Assembly (NCBI GenBank): GCA_965243135.1
Contig: OZ251539.1
Span: 5,952,001-6,016,000, forward strand
Direction: 5' to 3'
Source: Alphaproteobacteria bacterium
GTDB taxonomy: Bacteria; Pseudomonadota; Alphaproteobacteria; MPNO01; UBA830
Length of the DNA: 64,000 nucleotides
The position numbers were made by a program, and so were the translations under genes. Shown here one piece after another: positions 1 through 10,548 of the stretch (position 1 is the stretch's first letter; each line of letters starts with the position of its first letter). Below the pieces are notes generated by a model. The model did not search any database, was not told the origin of the DNA, and worked only from the letters and a program-made list of their open reading frames with translations.

Positions 1-887
1 GATGGCGTGCAGGTAGTCGGCGTCATGGACCGGGAAGCGGACTTCGTCGACCTGTTCGTTGAGCGCCGCGAGCGGACGCCGGGAGTGGAACTCCTGGTGC
101 GGGCGAAGACGAACCGGGTTCTCGGTAAGAACGACGCCGACAAGCTGTTCGACAAGGTGCGGAAAAGCCCGGCGCAGGGCAAGCGCGTCATCGAGATCAA
201 GCGCCTGAGCGCGCGCATCAAAGCCAGCAAGCAGGCCGAGAAGGCCGTGCGAGAGCCCCGCCAGGCCGCGGTCGCGCTGCGTTACCTCAAGGTCGGGTTG
301 CCGGCGAAGGGCAAGGCGCCCGTCGAGGTGACGATCGTGCATGTCCGCGAGGAAAACCCGCCTACAGAAGCCGACCGGCTGGAATGGTTCCTGTTGACGA
401 CGCTGCCGGTCGAGAACGCCGACGACGCCGAACGCATCCTGATGTGGTACGGCCTGCGCTGGAGAATTGAAGATTATTTCCGGGTCCTGAAGTCCGGCTG
501 CAAGATCGAGGAACTGGAGAACCGGACGGCCGAGCGCCTGCAGCGCGCCGCCGCAATCAACATGGTCGTCGCCTGGCGGATTCACCTGATGGCCCGCCTC
601 GGACGGGAATTGCCTGACCTGCCGCCCGAGATCCTGTTCTCGGACGTCGAACTCCGGGTGTTGGCGATCTTCGCTAAATCGCGCCGCAAGCACGCGCCGA
701 AAAGCCTCGGAGAGGCCGTTTCCCTGGTCGCCGCACTAGGCGGCTATTTCAAGCGCAAGCGGGACCCGCCAGGCGCGGAAGTGATGTGGTACGGCTACCT
801 TCAACTCGCCGCAATGGCCTTTCACCAGGAACTTCAGGATGAATATTGTTAGTCCGGTATCGATTTGTGGGGCACAGGCAGGGCTAG
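1..887 (+). mobile_element. IS4-family (IS50/Tn5-like) transposase, C-terminal part (ORF 7-852, 5' end off-window); element end probably at CTAG 884-887
   Basis: Motifs VMDREAD, LEWFLLTTLP, WYGLRWRIEDYFRVLKSGCKIEEL, LGGYFKRKRDPPG are typical of IS50-like DDE transposases. Confidence 0.85.
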
Positions 888-964
888 TCTTCGACTACCT
901 GCGAATGACCGACAATACCCTCGGAAGACGAAGACAGTCAGGAAATTAGAACAAAAAGGCCGTG
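884..964 (+). mobile_element. Probable 3' remnant of an ISAs1-type element
   Basis: Short lower-GC patch reading LVFDYLRMTDNT and ending ...AATTAGAACAAAAAGGCCGTG; resemblance to ISAs1-type C-termini is from memory only. Confidence 0.35.
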
Positions 965-1848
965 GCCCAGCGCGCGGCAAACCGAACGCAGCGGACGGTG
1001 CAGGCCATACCTCTCCGCCAGGACGAACGCCCAGACGGACACTCCGTATCGGGTGAAATACCCGCTCCGGGGCCGGGACCTCCCTTTCCTGCCCGCAGGT
1101 GCAAGTCGGGCGCAGGTCGTCGAACATGCCGAACGCGATCCTGTACTCGAGGACGTACGTCTCGTTGTAGCCGTTCGAGACCCAGGCCTTGCCGCAGTCC
1201 TTGCACTTGCGATCGTCCGGAACCGAATCCTCCTCGCGGACAGGCAGGTCCGGAAACGGCGTGCGGCCGTGCGACGGCGTTCCCGAACGGCGCCCCCGGC
1301 GTCCGCCGGAAGCCGTAGGCGGACGCTCGCTGCTGCGTCCGTACAGATCCCGAGTGAGCCTGCGGTTGCGGGCCTTCACGCTCTCTACGGCGGCAGCCTC
1401 CGGTTTCGCCGCCGACGCCCTGCGTCTCTTTCTCAGGTTCCGGGCCTGCGTCCGGCGGAAACGCCCTCGCCATTCCCTCGCCTCCTGGACCGCGCTCGCC
1501 AGCGCCTGGTCGCGCTCCGCAATCTCCCGGAGGAGGGCCGCATTCTCCCGGAGCAACGACGCAGGTGGAGTCTGACCGTCGCCCGACAGCTCGGTTCCGA
1601 GAAGCGCGCCTGCAGATTTGAACGCCATGGCGCACAAGAACTAAAACCCGGTTTCCAGCAAAAATTTTGTCCGGCTGGACAGGTCGCTCCGCCCGCGAGA
1701 TGCTGCGACAAAACCTGTTGCCGGGCTACCTGCCGGACGTGGCGCGACCCAGGATCACCGCCGTACCCGGTCAAGGAAGTCAGGCCGAACCCGGGACCGG
1801 AGGCGGCTCCTCAAAAAATAGACCGTCACTTGACGAGCGAACGCTTAC
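965..1848 (-). mobile_element. IS66-like element copy 2 (truncated; transposase N-terminal pseudogene ~965-1630)
   Basis: Terminus GTAAGCGTTCGCTCGTCAAGTGACGGT at 1848 (23/27 identical to copy 1 TIR); coiled coil, LYGRSSER, CKDCGK zinc ribbon and PTCTCG match copy 1; frameshifted. Confidence 0.8.
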
Positions 1849-2215
1849 ATTGGGACGCGTTCCAATGTAGGATCGTCCCGTGTTCCGACGGTAGTTGCGT
1901 CCAATTCGGTACCCGAGGTACTCTAGTGGTTTCTCAGGCACTCGTAAGCCTTCTCCGCGTTTATCGGCAGTTTCAGCCTTTCCATGAGTGCTTCGACTGC
2001 CGCCAGCATCTTACTGGCCGACGCTTTGCCGAGCACCACGCTGTCATCGGCGTAGTTGACGATCTTCGCGCAAAAGTTTTGAGCATAGCCCAATACCTTC
2101 CAGCCCAGAATGAAACGACGCATGTAGATGTTGCTGAGTAGAGGGGAGATCGGTGCTCCTTGCGGAGTGCCTTTCCTTTCCCTGCGCGCCCGGTTCGTGC
2201 GGCGTTTGCCGCCTT
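1849..2215 (-). pseudogene. Group II intron RT/maturase, RT4-RT7 fragment
   Basis: GTPQGAPISPLLSNIYM, IVNYADD and, after a frameshift, LEYLGYRIGRNY...YIGTRP; joins the 5132-5755 fragment once IS66 copy 1 is removed. Confidence 0.9.
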
Positions 2216-2242
2216 GTAAGCGTTCGGTCGTGGGGTGACGGT

Positions 2243-3115
2243 CTATTTGTTGAGGCTCTTCCTCCAGTCCCGCCGCAGGGGCTTCAGCCAGATGTTCTTG
2301 ACCGGGAGAGCGCGTTCTTTCCGAGTATCGAGCTTGCCGCGGCCCTGTGTTTTGCCGACCTTGATCCAGTTGGCGGCCCGGTAGCAGCTTCCTTCGAAGC
2401 GCGGCGTCTCGCAGAAGGTCTCGAGCAGGACCGGACGCAATGCGTAGCGGCGCTCCCAGTCGTCCGGCAGCCGTCGTTCGACCAGAGCGAGAATATGGGA
2501 CGCGAGATTTTTCATCCGAACCCAGGGCAAGATCAGGAACCGGGCATTGTTGACCGCCAGCGGCAGGTTGCGGCGGCGGGTCTCGGGGTTCCATCCGACG
2601 AGTTCGTCCCTGGGCGCGATCTTCCAGGCTGCGGCGCCGAAGCCGAGGACGGCGAGGGGTTCGCCGCCAGCAGCCCGGACCAAGTATCGCATTTGCGCGC
2701 CGGGCAGCGTCGAGTAGCCGAGATAGTGGTAGCGAGCGACGAACTCGTTCCAGAGGCGGCCTTCGCCCGCGTTCCGGACAGGCTCCATGGCGACAGGTTG
2801 GACATCGGCGAGACGTTCGGGGACCAGGAACAGGGGCCTGTCGGTCGCGGGGCCGGGCACGATCGGACGGCGTACGGTCGGCGTTTGCCTTGGCGGCGGC
2901 AGGACGATCACGCCGTCGCGATGCATGCGCAGCATGGCCACTCGCGCGCTCATATCCTTTAGGCCGCCGTCAGGCTTGCGCCAGTCGAGGCGCCGGCAGA
3001 CCTCCCGCGACAGCGCCCGGCGGGTGAGGCTGCCCCTTCCGATCAGGGAGCGGATCATGTCGATCTCGTCCTCGGAGAAGTCGCGCCCGCAGTAGCGGCA
3101 AGGGCCGCCGCTCAC
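2243..3115 (-). CDS. DUF4338 (Druantia DruA-like) domain protein, intact
   Basis: YCGRDFS, RYHYLGY, NNARFLILPW, NLASHIL, LLETFCE, GSCYRAANW motifs; GTG start overlaps the transposase TGA (GTGA). Confidence 0.85.
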   Translation of the reverse strand: MSGGPCRYCGRDFSEDEIDMIRSLIGRGSLTRRALSREVCRRLDWRKPDGGLKDMSARVAMLRMHRDGVIVLPPPRQTPTVRRPIVPGPATDRPLFLVPERLADVQPVAMEPVRNAGEGRLWNEFVARYHYLGYSTLPGAQMRYLVRAAGGEPLAVLGFGAAAWKIAPRDELVGWNPETRRRNLPLAVNNARFLILPWVRMKNLASHILALVERRLPDDWERRYALRPVLLETFCETPRFEGSCYRAANWIKVGKTQGRGKLDTRKERALPVKNIWLKPLRRDWRKSLNK

Positions 3116-4915
3116 GGTCCCTGGGGGAGAGAGGGATGCCAGGAGCGGAGGCGCTCCTCGCCTGCGCCCCACGGCAGCCAGGCAGCCGGGCCTTCGGGCG
3201 GCGGACCGCGATGACGGGCGCAAGCATCGAGATAATCAAGCAGCCAGCTGTACGGCGAGACGCCGGCCATCTCGAGCGTGCCGAAGATGGAATAGAGCAT
3301 GCCCGCCAACCGCGCTCCGTCCACGCTTTGCGACCCGAACGAAAGCTTCCGGCTGATCGCGAGGCCGCGCAAGCCGCGTTCGGCGGGGTTGTTGTCCATG
3401 GGAACGGCCGCGTTGTCCACGAAGGTTGTCAAACCGTCGCGGTGGCGCAGCAGGGAGTCCAGAGGGCCGCGTTGCGCCGCGCTCTCCGGGAGCGCGTCCC
3501 GCGCCTTTTTCGCCGCCGCGAAGAACGCTTCGGCGAACCTCGCGAGCCGCCGCTGGGCGGCGGCGTTGTCCGGGCGCGCCAGACGCCTGGCGTTGAGACG
3601 GTATAATGCCGCAATGCGACGAAGCCACTTTTGGGCGAACTGCGCGAGGTTCGGGTAGCCGGTCTCGAGGTTGACGAAGTCGCGTCTGGCATGGACCCAA
3701 CAATATGAAAGGACGATGCACCCTTCCATGACGCGCGCCAGCTTCCGATAGGCGGAGTAGCGGTCGCAGACCAGGTGAGCCGCCTGTTCGGGCGAGCCGA
3801 GACCCTTGAACAGCTCAAGGGCGGCTTCCGCGCTACGCGACGGCGAGGATGCGGACCGCGTCCGCCGCCCGGGCGATCCAGGCCCAAGCGCGAGCGTTGC
3901 CTCCGTCCTCTTCGCCCAACTCCCGTATCCACCACCCTGTCTCGTCGCCGTGAATGATCGGCGCCTTCGACAGATGCCGGGAGATCTCTTCGTCGAGCGG
4001 CTCGAACAGGCGCAGGAACCGTCGCTGGGCGTCCGCCAACGTGCCGGGCGCAATGGCGAGCCCGTGCTGGCCCAGCGCGCGGCAGACCGAACGCAGCGGA
4101 CGATGCAGGCCATACCTCTCCGCCAGGACGTTCGCCCAGACGGAGACTCCGTACCGAGTGTTCGGGAACAGCCGCGCCGGGGCCGGGCCGACAGCCTCCT
4201 TTTCCGGTCGGCAGGTACAGGCCGGGCGCAGCCGCTTCCGTCGAATCCTCCGGACATAGGTGACGGTCCTGGTCTCGACGATCTCCGTGTCTTTCCAACC
4301 GTTCGAGACCCAGGCTTTGCCGCAGTCCGGGCACGTGCGCTCGTCCGGAATCGACTCCTCCTCGCGAACGGGCAGCTCGGGGCGCTGCGTGCGACCATGC
4401 GACGGCGTTCCCTGATGGCGCCCCCGGCGTCGACCGGTTGCCGCAGGCCGCCGCTCGCTGCGGCGCCCGAACAGCTCCCGGGCAAACCTGCGGCTGCGGG
4501 ACTCCAGACTCTCGTTCTCCGGCGTCTCCGCAGTTCGACACGGGGGCGGCACCTCATGTCTCTTTATCTCGGCGTCGCAGCAACACTTCTCCGCTTTCTG
4601 GACCGCGGTCTCCAGCTCCCGGCCGAGATCCGCATTCTCCCGGCGCGACGCGGCCAGCGCCAGACTGAGATCCGCACTCTCCCGGCGCGCCGCGGCCAGC
4701 TCCCGGCCGAGATCCGCACTCTCCCGGCGCGCCGCGGCCAGCTCCCGGCCGAGATCCGCACTCTCCCGGCGCGCCGCGGCCAGCTCCCGGCCGAGATCCG
4801 CACTCTCCCGGCGCGCCGCGGCCAGCTCCCGGCCGAGATCCGCACTCTCCCGGCGCGCCGCGGCCAGGCCGCCGCCCGACAACTCGGTCTCCGGAAGTGA
4901 ATGTTCGCTCGACAT
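3112..4915 (-). pseudogene. IS66 family transposase (TnpC-like), frameshifted near 3840
   Basis: LFGRRSER, CPDCGK, IHGDETGW, VCDRYSAY, CWVHARRDF, DNNPAERGLR, split over ORFs 3833-4975 and 3112-4557. Confidence 0.88.
4610..4861 (-). repeat. 42-bp tandem repeat x6 (ARRESADLGRELAA coiled coil) in the IS66 transposase N-terminus
   Basis: Unit GGCCAGCTCCCGGCCGAGATCCGCACTCTCCCGGCGCGCCGC; four perfect and two diverged copies. Confidence 0.9.
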
Positions 4916-5131
4916 AGCGACCGTGGAGCCAAAAACGCGTGTCCAGCCCCCGCCCGAATCATTCGCCAAGCTCAATCGAACGTTTACTCCGCGAGGAGCG
5001 CCGGGCCGCCAACCAGGGGTGGACAGCCTCAGGCACCCGGAACGAACGCGTTCTCCCGGTCAAGGATGTCTGGTTGAACCCTTGCCTGGAGGCGGACTCT
5101 CAACACCGTCACCCCACGACCGAACGCTTAC

Positions 5132-5755
5132 GCCGCCTTTGCCGTCGTCCTCTTCCACTGCCATTTCCAGCCATGCCCAGCCCAGCATTCGCCCGTCGCT
5201 TACGCGACGGGCGACGGACTTCGTCAGTTCCGCATGAGGGGCCGAAGTAGTCGGACAGGTCTGCGTCCACCACCTCGTGGTAGCCTTGTCTCAGCAGCTG
5301 GTGCACCCGATTGACCGCGTCGAGTGCGCCTCTTTCCGGTCTGTAGGCATACTGCTCCGGTTGCAGGTCGGCTTCGAAGATCGGCGACAATATGAGCATC
5401 GCCGCCGTTTGCGCCACCCTGCGCAGGGGATGCCCAGGGGCCGGAATTTTCCGCGCTGTTTCTTTGGGACCTGCCGTACCGCGGTCGGTCGGTAGGTTCC
5501 TTCTTTCAAGTCCCGCGCCAGTTCCTCAAGCCATTGGTCCACTCCTTGCGCTTCGATATTCGCTATCGTCGTTCCGTCCGTCCCGGCAGTCCCTCCGTTT
5601 CGACGGACGTCCTGCCAAGCCGTGAACAGCACTTCGTAGCTCCATACCTTGTCGCATAGCGAGTAGAACCGGAAGCTCGGGGATTCCTTCGCTTGTAACG
5701 TTGTCTGGAGTCTCCGAACTTTCTCCGAGGCTGCTAGGCTTTTGCCAGTCCTCAT
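5132..5755 (-). pseudogene. Group II intron RT/maturase, RT0-RT3 fragment
   Basis: FRFYSLCDKV, AGTDG, GTYRP, RPLGIP, PIFEADL..QYAYRP, VVDADLSDYFG; several frameshifts. Confidence 0.9.
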
Positions 5756-7862
5756 GTCCTTTCTTCCTTCCAACGCTTCTCTCGACCCAAGGCCCCTTTC
5801 CTCCACCGGCATTACCCGGCTTCTCCGGTACTACGGGCCTCTCCGCCACCCTGCCGGCCCGGCCTGCCCCTCGCGGGGTTCCGGTTGACTCGTGCGCGTC
5901 ACCGACAGGGCTTCCCGTGTTGCTGCTTCCTTCATCTTCCATGCGTGCCGACCCCCGGCGGAAACGGTCGGTGCTCTTGTCGTTCTCTTCCCGACCGTCG
6001 GCGGCTTTCCCCTAGTTTCTGGAGGGTCAGCTTGGGTGTGGATCTCATATGGCTAAAATTGCATAAAGTGCAACATTATCAAGCTGCAAGGACTGTTATT
6101 TCCTGATTGTCATTTGCGGCAGGAACTCCGACCATAGCTTGCCATGCTAAATCGAAACGGCCGGATCTTATCAATGCTCTGAAAGTGAGGACGTTCTGAC
6201 CTCCTTCGATACTCCAACGCATGCCGGCCCGCTTCATGCGCTGGTTGACCAGAACCTTGTTGGCAGCTTCGACAACGCCTGACCGCATAGCCCCTAGCGT
6301 TCAAGCTTGCATAGCGCATGCGGCGCCTGTGCTTCCGGAAAAACTTGAGCTCGCGTTCGAGATCCTTGAGCGCCGCCGTTGTCGTCGCCTTGTCGCGAAG
6401 ATGGCGGATCGCCCGGATAACCTTGTCGATGCCGTTGGCGTCGTCACGCAGGACAGCGCGGTACTTATCGTACCAGTCGGTCGCGACCGCATGGTCGGCA
6501 ACGTCGCTGAGATGTTCGCACGCATGAAAGAAATCGACTACCTGTTCGTCGGGTCGAAGTTTCTCGAGAAACGTCCAGTTGTCGGCTGCGGCATCGGCGA
6601 CGGCAACGATCTGAAGGTCGGGCCGCACTTTCCGGATGTGCTCGACTTCTTCGGTGATCTGCGCCTTCAGCGTCGTCTTGCCAGTTTCCGGCATCTGCGC
6701 ATAATACAGTGTTTCCAGGCGATTGCCGTCCGCGTCATGGAAACTTATCGTACCGCAGGACGCTTCGCGCCAGCACGCTTCTTCATGCTCGTCGGGACGA
6801 AGCGCAACCATCACGCCATCGAGCGAGACGGCGAAGGAAACCGCTTCCGACGGCACCGGTTTCGCCTCGCGGATTTCGTCCAGGGCCGCTTGGCCTTTCT
6901 CCTTCCAGAGATCGCCCGCCGTCACCAGGAGGCGTCGCAGGTGGCTCGACGACGGGTTCATGCCCCCCAGCTTTCCGAAGAGTTTGGCCGCGTCTCTCGG
7001 CGTGCAGTGATCCATGACCAGGAGGGCGCGGTAAGCGGCGGGAACCGTGAGGTAACCGTCGACCAGACCCAGGCTTTCGTCGACGGGCATGATGGACGAA
7101 TTTCGGGCGCGGTACCGAGAACGGTAATACGTGACCGGACCGAACAACGTATTGATGGTTTTTGGCGTCGGCGCAGCCCGGTAGAAGACCTGATCCTCCC
7201 GGTGAATCGGACCTTGTTCGTCGTCTCGCGCTTCAATGTAATCGCCTACGGCCGCACGACAGATCGTGAAAGCATGCTCCCTCAGCCTCGAAACCGGCGA
7301 ACGCCTCGGAACCCTGTTCCCGTCGTTCGATTTCTTTGCAGATGAAGGCTGCGGCTGACCGAAGCGCCTCGGCGGTCGTCGCGGGGAGGTCCGAGAAGGA
7401 CAAACCGGGGCTGTGATGCTGACATGGGAATGCTCCTGATGTTGTGTGTTGGTGCCAACATTCTGCCGCATCTTGCGGCTTGGAGCATTCCTTTTTTTGC
7501 TCTCCAACTCCCCCATCGCGACAAAATCCGCCCCCGGAACGGCGATTTGTCACGAAATCGCTGATTTCGGCCTCGCAGCGCCGCGACACGGACTTGGATA
7601 ATCGTTGAAAATCAACGTCTTATGTAATCTTAGATTTAGCCATATCAGATTTGCACCCGTCAGCTTCCGCATTACATGTTTCGAGGCCTGGTTCACTCGC
7701 GTTTCGGCCCGCATGTTCGCTGAGCGGCCTTCGCCGCCCATTTCCAGAGTGCTTCAGCCTACATCGTCACCTCCGTAAACCGCCCTGGCCGCTACCAACC
7801 GGAACGACAGTTGTTGGGTGGGATTCGCACCCACCAGAAGAAAGCGCCTTTCCACGGCGCAC
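5756..7862 (-). ncRNA. Group II intron 5' ribozyme region (domains I-IV), interrupted by an IS at 6034-7658; domains V/VI not in window
   Basis: Minus strand begins GTGCGCCGTGG at 7862 (GUGYG 5' consensus); intron-like sequence continues across the IS into the RT ORF. Confidence 0.8.
6034..7658 (-). mobile_element. ISKra4/ISLre2-like (IS256-related) IS, transposase frameshifted near 6285
   Basis: TIRs GGGTGTGGATCTCATATGGCTAAA / GGGTGCAAATCTGATATGGCTAAA (20/24); 8-bp target duplication GTCAGCTT (6026-6033, 7659-7666); motifs VSLDGV, VADAAADNW, VDFFHACEHL, SGVVEAANK..RMKRAGMRW. Confidence 0.88.
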
Positions 7863-9055
7863 AAAAACCGCATAGTTGCGCCGCTATCGCGAGAACCGTC
7901 GCCAAAGCGCTGACCGCGACGACTTCGGAAGTCCTGCACCGTACTTAAATACTCGTACAGACTCCCCGTGATCCGGTATCTCGTCTACGTTCAATGTCTT
8001 GCAGTTCCAGATCTTATTATCGGAAAGCATGCAGAGTTGCTTGCGGGCATCCTTTTCCAGCTGGAACATCTTTCTGGACGTTCCATGTTCGCGGTAACCG
8101 CCACATGCGTTCATATCCCTTTGTGAAACCAACGTCTCGCCAGTTCGCCGCTTGATAACACGTTCCCTCGAAACGGTCCGGATCTATAAAAGTCTCCGCC
8201 ACTGGATGGCCGTATGCCGTCCGAAAGTCGGCCGACAGGCGCTGGGTGCTGAGGGACAAAATATGGGACGCCAGGTTGTGTTGCCGCCAGGGCGGAAGAA
8301 TCAGCAAGCGCGCGTTGTTCGCTACAAGATGCAACCGGCGGCTACGCTGCTCGGGCGTCCAGCCATTGGTCGCGCGCTCGCAGCCGCCAAGCCGCCGCTT
8401 TCCAGCCCAGCAACGCCACCCATTCTCCGTCCGGGGCCACGGCGACATGCCGCACCGCCTCGCCGACCATGCCGCGGAACTCGAGGTAGTGGTGCTTCCG
8501 CATCGTCTCGTCCCACCGGTCGCGTTCCGCCGGGTCGAGCACCGGCCGAACGGCGATGTCGTCCGGCCCCCGTGTGTTTTTCGTCGTCGGCACATTGGCG
8601 GCAAAAACCGGAAATGTCCAGAAGAAAATTACCTGCCGGTATTTCATTCATCCCTTTCTTGAAGAGCCGTGTGCGCTGTCCGCAACGCCTTGAAATGCGG
8701 ACAGCTTTCAGGAGTACCAAATTCTTTCCTCGGGTACGGAAAACTGCGAATTCTTCGCGCCGGGACCGTGATTTTCGCAGATTCCATCCCACGGCCGGCC
8801 GGGCGACGCCCTTGGCCGCCCGCGTTCAGGCCATGGCCCGGCTTGCACCGGGTTTGCGGTGCGGCAACACTCGCCTTTCGTTCTGGAGACTGAGCACCCG
8901 CGAGGCCCTTGCGGGCTCGTCAGCGGGCGGGCGGAGCGGGCCGCGAGGCGCCGGCCGGGCGGCGAGCCGACAAAAAACGGCACAGCGCAAACGGCTCTTG
9001 AACGGCTTTTTCCTTGTATTATCATTAGGTTAGGATGAAGGATAAATTTGCCCTG
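7863..9055 (-). mobile_element. ISAs1-family element 5' part with DUF4338-transposase fusion pseudogene (~7863-8600)
   Basis: Left end CAGGGCAAATTT at 9055; KHHYL, VANNARLLILP, NLASHILS, ETFIDPDRFEGTCYQAANW, then ISAs1-like YEYLSTVQDFRSRRGQR just before the intron insertion point. Confidence 0.7.
8664..8997. mobile_element. 334-bp MITE
   Basis: TIR GAGCCGTGTGCGCTGT / GAGCCGTTTGCGCTGT (15/16) flanked by direct repeat TTGAA (8659-8663, 8998-9002); no credible ORF. Confidence 0.75.
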
Positions 9056-9935
9056 GCTTTGAGGTAGGCGTAGCCTTGCCAGAGCTTGATGGTCCCGGGC
9101 AACGGCTGACGTTTGGAGGAGATGAAGCTCGCGAGCCGTCCCACGTCGACCACGAAGGTCCAGATGTCGAGCAGCTGAAAGCTTGACGGTCTTCGAGTTC
9201 TTCCGTGGACATGGGGCACCTTGTTGTCTGACAGCGTGCAAACTGTCAAATGTACGCTGGTTTTCCCCATATTCCAAGACTTTCTTGTGATCGTCATAAT
9301 CCTGTCATGCACTCCGCTCTTGACCACGCCTCGTTCGGCGAGGTCGAGCACCGTGATTTCGTCTTCCTCCGCGACTTCGGCGGCCGGGGCGTTGGGCCTG
9401 TCCCGCGCCATGCGTTGGAGAGACCCGGCAGGCGGCGTCGAAGGCGAGGTACTTTCGAAGGTCGCCGGCATCGTCGAACCGCTGGTTTTCGACGCCCACT
9501 TGAGGGCCCTGAAGTATTCCGTCCAGCGCCGCTCGTACCACTTTACGATGCGCACCGCGTCGTCTTTCTCGGGTTCGCCCTCCGTCGCGAGCAATAGCCA
9601 GTCGAGACCTTGCGGCTCGGCGACCGGCACGGCGAACATGGAGACAGGATCGTCGCCGATCCTGTCGCCGGGCGGCACGAGCTTGACGCGGGCGGCGCGG
9701 ATGTCGAGCGTCACCTCGCGCTTCTTGCGCGCCCGCTTGCCGCCGCAGGCGGCGAGCGTCAACGATCTCCGGGTCAGCACCGGCTGCTCCGCCATGTAAA
9801 GGCCCATTTTCTTACCATCTTCGCACAGCACGCGCCGCCGCTTCGAGCGGCACGCACGCACTACCAAGCCAGCGCCCGCTGCCACCGCCCTCGACAGCAG
9901 TTCCCAGATGTCTCCTTCCCGGTCGCACACTGTTA
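9056..9935 (-). pseudogene. IS4-family (IS50-like) transposase remnant
   Basis: CDREGDIWELL, LDWLLLATE, WYERRW.EYFRALK, GRLASF..KRQPLPGT.KLWQG; frameshifts; cut at 9055 by the ISAs1 end. Confidence 0.8.
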
Positions 9936-10004
9936 CGATGAGTTCAGGCCGAAGGCTTCGTAAAGGGCACGCTGATCATCTGTCATCGGCGGCGGGTTGT
10001 TGTC

Positions 10005-10277
10005 CTAGATCTTCAGGCTGTTGCCGTAGGTTTCCATATTGAGGCCGCAACTTCCGCAAACTGCCCGGTCTCCGTGGTCGAGCCGCCCCCTCCCCTTCTC
10101 ACAGCGGGGGCACATGACCAAATCCCAATCGTCCGTGACGCAGCGGCCAGGCACGTAGACACTCTCGCGTTCCTCAAGGATTTCGAAGTCCGACTTCCAA
10201 TGAGACTCAGCCCATCGCGGCGGATCGGACCGCTCCTCCTGAAAACGGTGGGTCACGCGCAACGTGTTGTCAGCCAT
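10005..10277 (-). CDS. Small hypothetical zinc-ribbon protein (90 aa)
   Basis: GAGGAG RBS upstream of ATG; CPRC...CGSC pairs; AT-rich promoter-like region 10300-10460 upstream. Confidence 0.6.
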   Translation of the reverse strand: MADNTLRVTHRFQEERSDPPRWAESHWKSDFEILEERESVYVPGRCVTDDWDLVMCPRCEKGRGRLDHGDRAVCGSCGLNMETYGNSLKI

Positions 10278-10548
10278 GTCTGTTTCTCCTCAAGTGTTCA
10301 GATGAGCGTGGTTATACCAAACCTACTATTAAGTGACCTGTATAATAAATGACTGTACTCGTTTATGTGCAACGAGAATGCGCTACTGCAACCCCCGCAA
10401 AAACAAGTCATTTAATTGTGGGATTGGTATTAGTCGAAGTCAGGAAATAGCGCAGGATAGGCCTATGCATCCTCTGGCGCCGACAGAGTGACCGTGCTTC
10501 TCAGTCACTCTGTCGGTGCAACTATGATTCGCTGTCGCCGAGTGTCCG

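Larger units (their letters stand above)
2216..5131 (-). mobile_element. IS66-like element copy 1 (2916 bp): transposase pseudogene plus DUF4338 passenger
   Basis: Perfect 27-bp TIR GTAAGCGTTCGGTCGTGGGGTGACGGT (2216-2242 / 5105-5131); 8-bp target duplication GCCGCCTT (2208-2215, 5132-5139). Confidence 0.92.

Noticed and set aside
2243-3115. Complete Druantia defence system
   Set aside because: No DruE helicase or other dru genes; DUF4338 lies inside IS ends.
3833-3870. Programmed frameshift in the IS66 transposase
   Set aside because: No slippery A-tract is visible and residues appear to be missing, consistent with a deletion.
1849-5755. Retron or defence-associated RT
   Set aside because: It has RT0, YADD and an upstream GUGCG intron 5' end, so it is an ordinary disrupted group II intron maturase.
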